Of a stretch of DNA of 32,000 nucleotides, positions 25,917 to 32,000 are shown in pieces. The translations under genes and the position numbers were made by a program. The notes beneath the pieces were generated by a model. The model had not been told where the DNA came from, ran no database searches, and worked only from the letters and a program-made list of their open reading frames with translations. Source of the DNA: Nostoc sp. PCC 7120 = FACHB-418 (GTDB lineage: Bacteria; Cyanobacteriota; Cyanobacteriia; Cyanobacteriales; Nostocaceae); assembly GCF_000009705.1 (NCBI RefSeq), contig NC_003272.1:1590001-1622000 (forward strand), written 5' to 3'. How positions within the stretch are numbered: position 1 is the first letter of the stretch; each line of letters starts with the position of its first letter.

Positions 25917-27470
25917 TCAATTTCTCAACCGAAAGCGCACTGGCATTTTATCGGACGGATAAATTAACAGGTTTTGCTGTAACTGTTCCAGAGAAGAACG
26001 GCCGTTGACTAACTCCCAGTCGAAGTGACGAAGTAATAATGCTAGCATCATAGTCCCTTCCAGCATTGATAGATGCTCTCCTAAGCAACGATGAGGTCCT
26101 GAGCCAAAGTCTATCATTGGCAGCGAACTAGTTTCCTTACTCTTGTCTAACCAACGTTCGGGCAGAAATTCCTCAGGATTAGCATAGACTTCTGGATCTC
26201 TTCCAGCAGCAAGCATTGACCAGGATATTCTTGTACCACTAGGGATCACTTTACCCTCAATTACCGTGTCGCGTTGAGCCTCCAAGGAAGTCGAGCCTGA
26301 GGCGATTGAATAAAGGCGCAACGTCTCCTTGAGAATTGCGCTAATATAAGCCAATTCCTTAAAGCTTTCTGTATTAATATTGTCTTGACCTTGCCAAGCC
26401 TGGTCAACTATCTCCCTTGCTTTCTGAAAAACCCTTGGATTTAAGCTCAACTCTCCCACTGCAAAAGATAGAGTATGGGCTGTTGTGTCGGTACCAGCTA
26501 TTAGAAATTCAACAGATTCTGCTATTAATGTTTGGCGATTATATTTTGGTTCTTTAGCCGCGATTCTGACTAACATTGATTCACGAAACAAAGGACTGAC
26601 TTGGGGAAAATCAGTACTTTGTTCTCTCATCTGTAAAGCTAAGTCTACACGGGGAGTTAAAAATTCCTCTAAATATCGTCTTGATGCCCAATAATCTTGT
26701 GAATTCTTGGTGGGCAAATATTTCATCCATATCTTCTCACCAGTAGCTTGTCGTAGGAATCGATAGCCTACAACACACATCGCTTCGTACACCTTGAGAA
26801 CTTCCAGGGGTGGCCCTTCATTAGTAGTAATCTTTCTATCTACAGGAATACCTAGTACAAGAGAGGAAATCACCCTCATTGTTAGTTCTACAAACAGGGG
26901 GTCTACCTCAACTTCTTTTGGTAGTGCAGTTTCCTTGAGTGTGTCAATTACTTGTACACAGGCTTGATTAATAATTTTAAGATATTTGGCGAGACTGCTA
27001 GAACTGAATTCTGGGTTCCAAACTTTGCGTCGCCATTGCCACTCATTCCCTGTTTCTCCTATAAGAATGGGACCACTGATATCGTTCCAAGCTTGGCGCA
27101 ATCGTGCGGATCTGATTAAGCTACCATCTCTCATTCCATTGACGATGGTATCTTCAATAACTTTTGGTTTACTTAAAATAACAACTGGAGAACTACCATT
27201 CCATACAACATACATCGGGCCTAGCTGCTGGCTCCAATCAAAAAATAATTGGAATAATTTTTTCTGTTTTACTGCTGCTAAAACTTGCGGAAGATTTCCT
27301 AATAGCCAGTGTTTAGGAGGGGAGGGGAGTGATTGTAGGGATTTATATTTTTTCTTTTGTTTCCACCAACGCCAAGCAAATGTTCCCGCTATGGTAGTAA
27401 CGCTTAAGACTGTCACTAAATAGGGAAAAGAAGAAGAATTATCAATCTGAGCAGTAATGTATTGGAGCAT
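25917..27470 (-). CDS. cytochrome P450 with an N-terminal membrane anchor
   Basis: Heme loop FGSGPHRCLGEHL, I-helix AGTDTTAHT, K-helix ETLRLYS and PERW (LPERWL). The N-terminus has a TM helix FPYLVTVLSVTTIAGTFAWRWW, then KQKKKYK and LPSPPKHWLLGNL. ATG at 27470 is preferred over TTG at 27500. Confidence 0.85.
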   Translation of the reverse strand: MLQYITAQIDNSSSFPYLVTVLSVTTIAGTFAWRWWKQKKKYKSLQSLPSPPKHWLLGNLPQVLAAVKQKKLFQLFFDWSQQLGPMYVVWNGSSPVVILSKPKVIEDTIVNGMRDGSLIRSARLRQAWNDISGPILIGETGNEWQWRRKVWNPEFSSSSLAKYLKIINQACVQVIDTLKETALPKEVEVDPLFVELTMRVISSLVLGIPVDRKITTNEGPPLEVLKVYEAMCVVGYRFLRQATGEKIWMKYLPTKNSQDYWASRRYLEEFLTPRVDLALQMREQSTDFPQVSPLFRESMLVRIAAKEPKYNRQTLIAESVEFLIAGTDTTAHTLSFAVGELSLNPRVFQKAREIVDQAWQGQDNINTESFKELAYISAILKETLRLYSIASGSTSLEAQRDTVIEGKVIPSGTRISWSMLAAGRDPEVYANPEEFLPERWLDKSKETSSLPMIDFGSGPHRCLGEHLSMLEGTMMLALLLRHFDWELVNGRSSLEQLQQNLLIYPSDKMPVRFRLRN

Positions 27471-27724
27471 GAATCCGCCTTTGTCAGCCAAAAACTTCAA
27501 ATCACCCAGATACTAACGTATTCTTTCACTGCAATACTTAGTATTAAGTCTGTAGTGTAATACTACAACAATAAATGAGAGTAAAAGTTTAGTACTGCGA
27601 GTGCTGGTGACGACGGCAACCCCAATATGGCAGTTGGTGATGAATTTGAACCGCAAGGAAGTTGACAAAACTTTACATTTTCTGAGCAAATAAAACTGAA
27701 CCCAAATAATTCAAGGTACAGACG

Positions 27725-28582
27725 ATGAAACAGATCACCCGTCGCCAATTTATCGCTACTGCTACTTTAACAACTGGCTTTGCGTTAGCCGTCAAACCCA
27801 TTTCTGCCCAAGTGATTACCACTGATACACAAGGATTAGTTGCAGGTGCAGTGAAAATTCCCGTCCAAGATGGTGAAATTCCAGCTTATCGAGCATTACC
27901 AGCTACTGGTGAGAATTTTCCGATTGTGTTGGTGATTCAAGAAATCTTCGGTGTACATGAACACATTCAAGATGTCTGTCGTCGTTTTGCCAAGTTGGGA
28001 TATTTAGCGATCGCACCAGAATTATTTGCTCGTCAAGGTGATGTCTCGAAGTTAAGCAATATCGATGAAATTCGCCAAGTAGTCGCAAAAGTACCGGATG
28101 CCCAGGTATTCTCTGATCTGGATGCTACCGTTGGTTGGGCTGTCAAATCATCCAAAGGTAATGCTGATCAATTAGCCATTACAGGCTTTTGTTGGGGGGG
28201 TCGGATTACTTGGTTGTACTCAGCATACAACCCCAAAGTTAAGGCGGGTGTCGCGTGGTATGGTCGGTTGGTGGGTAATTCTACAGAATTAACCCCGAAA
28301 CATCCTGTGGATATTGCCCCTAATTTGACAGTTCCAGTGCTGGGATTGTATGGAGGAAAGGATACAGGCATTCCATTAGATACAGTAGAGCAAATGCGCG
28401 TAGGCATAGCCCGTCGTAGACATCGCTTAAAATCCAGCAGTAGTAAATCGGAAATTGTGGTATATCCTGATGCGCCCCACGCCTTTTTTGCCGATTATCG
28501 TCCTTCTTACAGAGAAAAAGAAGCTCAAGACGGCTGGAAACGCCTCCAAGCATGGTTTAAACAGTATGGAGTTTCTAAGTAA
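27725..28582 (+). CDS. dienelactone hydrolase family protein with a twin-arginine (Tat) signal
   Basis: [29 protein letters not shown] has a Tat motif (RRQFI). The nucleophile elbow is GFCWGG, and the C-terminus carries YPDAPHAF. Confidence 0.8.
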   Translation: MKQITRRQFIATATLTTGFALAVKPISAQVITTDTQGLVAGAVKIPVQDGEIPAYRALPATGENFPIVLVIQEIFGVHEHIQDVCRRFAKLGYLAIAPELFARQGDVSKLSNIDEIRQVVAKVPDAQVFSDLDATVGWAVKSSKGNADQLAITGFCWGGRITWLYSAYNPKVKAGVAWYGRLVGNSTELTPKHPVDIAPNLTVPVLGLYGGKDTGIPLDTVEQMRVGIARRRHRLKSSSSKSEIVVYPDAPHAFFADYRPSYREKEAQDGWKRLQAWFKQYGVSK

Positions 28583-28606
28583 GTTAGAACTAAAATTACC
28601 ATAGAA

Positions 28607-29389
28607 TTAAGCGGACGGAATTATATTTACTTGCCTTTGCTGTTCCTGCATCCAACCCTCAAATAATTCATTGAGTAGGCGTGCTTTCATCGGTTCATCT
28701 AATTGGGCGGGTATAAACTTTTCCACCCGCACAATAACATACCACTCAGTAATCCGAGTTGGAGGTGAGATTTGTCCTGGTTGACAACTAGAAAGTAGTT
28801 GTACCATTGCCGGATGTAGCGAACTCTGCTCAACTGGCCCGACTAATCCACCCGTTTGAGATTCTGGGCCTTGGGAGTATTTTTGTGCTACCTCTGCGAA
28901 AGATTGTTCTTTTGCTTGCAGGCGAAAATAGAGTTCTTGCGCTAGTCCTGGGTCTTGAGTCCGCAGTAGAGAATAAATTACTTTATCTAATTTCGCTTTC
29001 AACTGAAAAAAATAAGATTCCAGTTTTGCTCCCCATGTGGCTTGCTTATATTTTTCTAGCTTGATCTTGCGGACGATAATATTGTCTAGTTGTTCGGCAC
29101 TCAAACCTTGTTGTACCAGCCATGCTTGAATGTCTGTTTCTTGAGATAACTGCTTATCGGCGTAAAACCTTTGTTTAGCTTGGGCTAACTCCTCAGGCTT
29201 ACACTCTACTGCTGCTGTTGCCTCATCAATAATTAATTCCCGTAATAGTTGCGGCAGCAATTGATAATTAGCCAGTAAGGGAATGAGTTCACTAGCTTGA
29301 ATATTACGGTTGCCGATTTGCAGCACTTCAGTCATTATCTGTTCTGTTTGGCGCTCTGGGGTTGATATATGCTGAGTTAGTTCCTGCAT
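28607..29389 (-). CDS. parvulin-type peptidyl-prolyl isomerase (SurA/PrsA-like)
   Basis: The C-terminal PpiC-like domain reads FAEVAQKYSQGPESQTGGLVGPVEQSSLHPAMVQLL...GQISPPTRITEWYVIVRVEKF. The N-terminus is a helical chaperone-like region. An alternative ATG lies at 29335. Confidence 0.7.
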   Translation of the reverse strand: MQELTQHISTPERQTEQIMTEVLQIGNRNIQASELIPLLANYQLLPQLLRELIIDEATAAVECKPEELAQAKQRFYADKQLSQETDIQAWLVQQGLSAEQLDNIIVRKIKLEKYKQATWGAKLESYFFQLKAKLDKVIYSLLRTQDPGLAQELYFRLQAKEQSFAEVAQKYSQGPESQTGGLVGPVEQSSLHPAMVQLLSSCQPGQISPPTRITEWYVIVRVEKFIPAQLDEPMKARLLNELFEGWMQEQQRQVNIIPSA

Positions 29390-29657
29390 AGAAGTAATGG
29401 TTTGAAATTCTTCTATGGCTTTAAAATATTAATAGCAACATCACACAATTTATGTAAAGTTTTATCGAAAATCATCCGTATTTGTCTGTAAGTAGTAAGT
29501 TCGCTTTTAGTTACAAGGTATCAATGATAATCCTCGACCTACTCTTATGACAAATCAATTGCTTTCAAAGTTAAATTAGTTCTGTAGGGGTGTAGTGATG
29601 GATGTAGATCACAAGACTAACCTAACCCTCAGGAAATACTTCTATACTTTGAAAAGT

Positions 29658-30659
29658 ATGAAATTCACCTCAATCACCTATACATTGTCTGCCGTTTTGC
29701 TGCTGGGCTTTTCGATACCTTTAGTATTTGCACAAACACCGGATTCTGGTCTCTCTGCTGATTGCCAAATGCCAATCCCACCAAACCTTAATTCTGTAGA
29801 CCACTTCTTAGGTATGGGACACTTTCAGCAAGACTGTAAAAAAGATTTATCGGCGGCGGTTGCTGCTTTCTCTCAAGCGATTAAACTCAATCCCCAAGCT
29901 GAAGAACCATACTATCATCGAGCGAACTCCTACGCCGCAATGGGAAATTATCAAGCAGCCGTGACAGACTATACCGAAGTGATTAGGCAAAATACTGGTA
30001 GATTGGGTTTTAGTACTGGTGCATACTGGCACAGGGCTAGAGCTTATGAAAAGTTGGGTGAAAAACAGAAAGCAATTTCTGATTTAACTCAATTAATTGG
30101 TAATAACAGTAGCTTGAATGCTGAAGAATACTTATTTAGAGCCAATCTTTACAAAGAATTAGGGAATAAAGAAAGTGCGATCGCTGACTATAAGATAGCA
30201 GAAAAACTGTTGCAGCAATATGCAGATGGAGTTTTTCATACTGGGATGATGGATACCAGATATGAACAGATGTTGGATCAAGTCAGAAATGAGCTATCAA
30301 GTATGGGTGTAGCTGTAACAGTACCTAAGACTACTACTGGTAATATTTTACGCACAATTGCTAAAACAGAAGTTGAACGGGCATTAAATTTAGCTAGACT
30401 TCAGTCTCAACATCCTACAGTGAAAAACTTTGATGCTCAACTTCAGGATTTATATAAGCAACTAGCAAACACACAACCGCAAGTAGAGTCAGGGGTGGTA
30501 AAAAACCTGATAGCGAATGCAGCCTATGAGAAAATAGATGATCTAAAGATAGAGCGATCGCAACTTTTGACAAAATATACCCTTGACAGTCCCATCATTG
30601 GCGTAATTGATAGCCAGACAAGCGAATTAGAATCATTAATTCACCGTAATAAATTTTAA
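29658..30659 (+). CDS. secreted TPR-repeat protein with a C-terminal coiled-coil region
   Basis: Signal peptide MKFTSITYTLSAVLLLGFSIPLVFAQ. TPR units include AVAAFSQAIKLNPQAEEPYYHRANSYAAMGNYQAAVTDYTEVI and RARAYEKLGEKQKAISDL. A longer ORF starting at GTG 29595 is possible. Confidence 0.65.
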   Translation: MKFTSITYTLSAVLLLGFSIPLVFAQTPDSGLSADCQMPIPPNLNSVDHFLGMGHFQQDCKKDLSAAVAAFSQAIKLNPQAEEPYYHRANSYAAMGNYQAAVTDYTEVIRQNTGRLGFSTGAYWHRARAYEKLGEKQKAISDLTQLIGNNSSLNAEEYLFRANLYKELGNKESAIADYKIAEKLLQQYADGVFHTGMMDTRYEQMLDQVRNELSSMGVAVTVPKTTTGNILRTIAKTEVERALNLARLQSQHPTVKNFDAQLQDLYKQLANTQPQVESGVVKNLIANAAYEKIDDLKIERSQLLTKYTLDSPIIGVIDSQTSELESLIHRNKF

Positions 30660-30687
30660 TCATCATTAAAATATGAATTCCTGATGT

Positions 30688-30721
30688 AAAAACCCCGGTT
30701 CCTTCAAGAAATCGGGGTTTT
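30688..30721. terminator. bidirectional Rho-independent terminator between convergent genes
   Basis: AAAACCCCG at 30689-30697 pairs perfectly with CGGGGTTTT at 30713-30721 across a 15-nt loop. The A-run and T-run flanks give a U-tract on both strands. Confidence 0.6.
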
Positions 30722-30750
30722 GGGTCTGCGCGTATCTAAACTTGATTGAG

Positions 30751-31125
30751 CTATAAAGTCTCCAAAAAGCTTAAAAGATCTGCCATTTCTTGGGTGTTGG
30801 GCTGAAATTTTGGCATTGGTGGTGTATCACCGCTAATAACTTGGTGAATTAGCCCATACTTGGACTTACGCTTAGAAACTGCTTGTAAGCTGGGGCCTAC
30901 TCGGCCATCTGCTTCTAAACCATGACAACCAGCACAATTTATTTGAAAAATAGCGTGTCCCTGTATTGGGTCTCCTTTCATGGCAAGAACACTCTTAACA
31001 TAAGGGTCAGAGGCTTTCACCAACTGAACACCAAAAAAGCCCAAAGGGATTGCTAGCAGTATCACTAGCGCCACTAAAGCGATACGCTGAATCAGAATTT
31101 CAGGTTTGGTAATCTGGTTATCCAA
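30751..31125 (-). CDS. membrane-anchored class I c-type cytochrome (CytM-like)
   Basis: Single heme motif CAGCHG with distal PPMP (Met ligand region). N-terminal TM helix IALVALVILLAIPLGFFGV. The start codon is uncertain: TTG at 31125, with no early ATG. Confidence 0.7.
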   Translation of the reverse strand: MDNQITKPEILIQRIALVALVILLAIPLGFFGVQLVKASDPYVKSVLAMKGDPIQGHAIFQINCAGCHGLEADGRVGPSLQAVSKRKSKYGLIHQVISGDTPPMPKFQPNTQEMADLLSFLETL

Positions 31126-31333
31126 AAGGTGTGCTGTAAAAGTTTAGGTTTACTCAAATTTTTCATTTCCTACACATAGCTTAAAAGTTCTTGATGATGT
31201 CTGCAAGCATAAACTACAGTTTTTCATCTCTAGGGGTCGCCTAAAAATAGTGTAGGAAGCGGGATTCATCCGCGATTTGGTAAAATCAAAGATGGGAAAT
31301 AAATAATGAATAATCGTAACAGGAGATTTTAAA

Positions 31334-31447
31334 GTGGTTGAACCCCTACTTTCAGGCATCGTTCTTGGTTTGATTGTTGTCACCCTCGCTGGGCTGTTTT
31401 ACGCTGCCTATAAGCAATACAAGCGCCCCAATGAGTTGGGTGGTTGA
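31334..31447 (+). CDS. petG: cytochrome b6f complex subunit 5 (PetG), 37 aa
   Basis: Not in the ORF track because it is too short. GTG start preceded by AGGAG at 31321-31325 (8-nt spacer). Translation is (M)[36 protein letters not shown], the canonical PetG sequence. Confidence 0.9.
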   Translation: MVEPLLSGIVLGLIVVTLAGLFYAAYKQYKRPNELGG

Positions 31448-31532
31448 GTCTTGAAGTGCTGATTGCTAAAGCGCGTTAGCTACTGGGTGGGGGGTATGAG
31501 GGATAAAGTAGATAAAAATTCTTCCTCATCTT

Positions 31533-31612
31533 CCCCAATCCCCAATCCAAGGCAAAAGTCAAAAGAAAAAATCTTTTACCTTTTACCTTTTTACTTTCTT
31601 GTCCCCAATCCC
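31533..31612. repeat. cluster of STRR units (CCCCAAT x2, CTTTTAC x3, CCCCAATCCC)
   Basis: Read directly: ccccaat ccccaat cc at 31533-31548, cttttac cttttac ctttttac at 31573-31594, and ccccaatccc at 31603-31612. Confidence 0.8.
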
Positions 31613-32000
31613 TACGCCCCTAATTCCTCGCTTCGATAAAAAGTAAGCGCCGTGTTACCGTAGACTTTTTGGCGGCAAATTTCCCAGTCAGGAATTAATA
31701 TATCTACCCACCCTTGGGGATTATGTTCGATCGCTATTTCCCCACTTGGATCTAATAATTGATGGTGAGCGATCGCCTCTAACACTGGCTGATATAATCC
31801 ACTAGCATAGGGCGGATCAAAATAAATTCTGTCGAATTGCTGCCCTGATAAGTTTTTTAACTGCTGAACGACATCTCCACGCAATATTCGCCATTGTTGT
31901 TCGTTATTGGCTATGCGCTGCCAATTCTCTTGGATAATTGCACAGGCTCGGCTTGATTTTTCAATTCCGACCACCAAGCTAGCACCTCGACACAAAGCCT
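31612..32000 (-). CDS. rsmD: 16S rRNA (guanine966-N2)-methyltransferase, 5' end beyond the window
   Basis: DPPY motif (IYFDPPYASGLY) and the C-terminal YGNTALTFY pattern of RsmD. The frame stays open to the window edge (...ALCRGASLVVGIEKS), so the apparent Met at 31995 is an internal TTG-encoded Leu. Confidence 0.8.
   Translation of the reverse strand, partial: ALCRGASLVVGIEKSSRACAIIQENWQRIANNEQQWRILRGDVVQQLKNLSGQQFDRIYFDPPYASGLYQPVLEAIAHHQLLDPSGEIAIEHNPQGWVDILIPDWEICRQKVYGNTALTFYRSEELGA

Noticed and set aside
28381-28450. The odd basic/Ser-rich insert ([16 protein letters not shown]) in the dienelactone hydrolase as a sign of compensating frameshifts.
   Set aside because: Both alternative frames hit stop codons within a few codons (TAG at about 28399 and about 28417). 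The annotated frame is therefore the only open one, and the flanking motifs remain in frame.
31150-31383. The 77-aa minus-strand ORF.
   Set aside because: It lies antisense to the unmistakable petG gene and its ribosome-binding site. Its translation has no features, and petG explains the region.

Overview
This window looks like an ordinary chromosomal, mostly housekeeping segment of a filamentous heterocyst-forming cyanobacterium of the Nostoc/Anabaena type. Three things support that assignment. The HIP1 palindrome GCGATCGC occurs about 30 times by hand count, against roughly 0.5 expected for a random 8-mer in 32 kb. There are many 7-nt STRR tandem arrays. The petG and CyanoQ translations look typical of Nostocales. 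I can support about 29 protein genes, one tRNA-Arg(UCU), one frameshifted endonuclease gene, several small dispersed or MITE-like repeats, and a few hairpin terminators. Recognisable functions are thiamine synthesis (thiE, thiS, thiO-like), sulfite reductase, tetrapyrrole and chlorophyll synthesis (a divergent hemF/acsF pair), RNA modification (rsmE, mnmA, rsmD), photosynthetic electron transport (psbQ/CyanoQ, petG, a membrane-anchored cytochrome c), a cytochrome P450, hydrolases, and envelope or secreted proteins. I see no CRISPR array, integrase, transposase, toxin-antitoxin pair, restriction-modification genes, defence-like operon or biosynthetic cluster. I therefore cannot honestly claim a new multi-gene system here. 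The items most worth a second look are listed below.
(1) A ribbon-helix-helix-like tail is fused in frame to the C-terminus of sulfite reductase.
(2) A free-standing, frameshifted I-Ssp6803I-type PD-(D/E)XK endonuclease gene sits directly downstream of the tRNA.
(3) A haloalkane-dehalogenase-family hydrolase appears to lack the nucleophile Asp.
(4) Sixty-four open codons continue in frame past the hemF stop codon.
(5) A nested-palindrome MITE-like element lies at 10081-10453.
(6) A P450 carries a microsomal-style membrane anchor.
(7) A 1.1-kb AT-rich non-coding gap lies at 7859-8973.
All functional calls come from motif recognition by eye. No database search was run.
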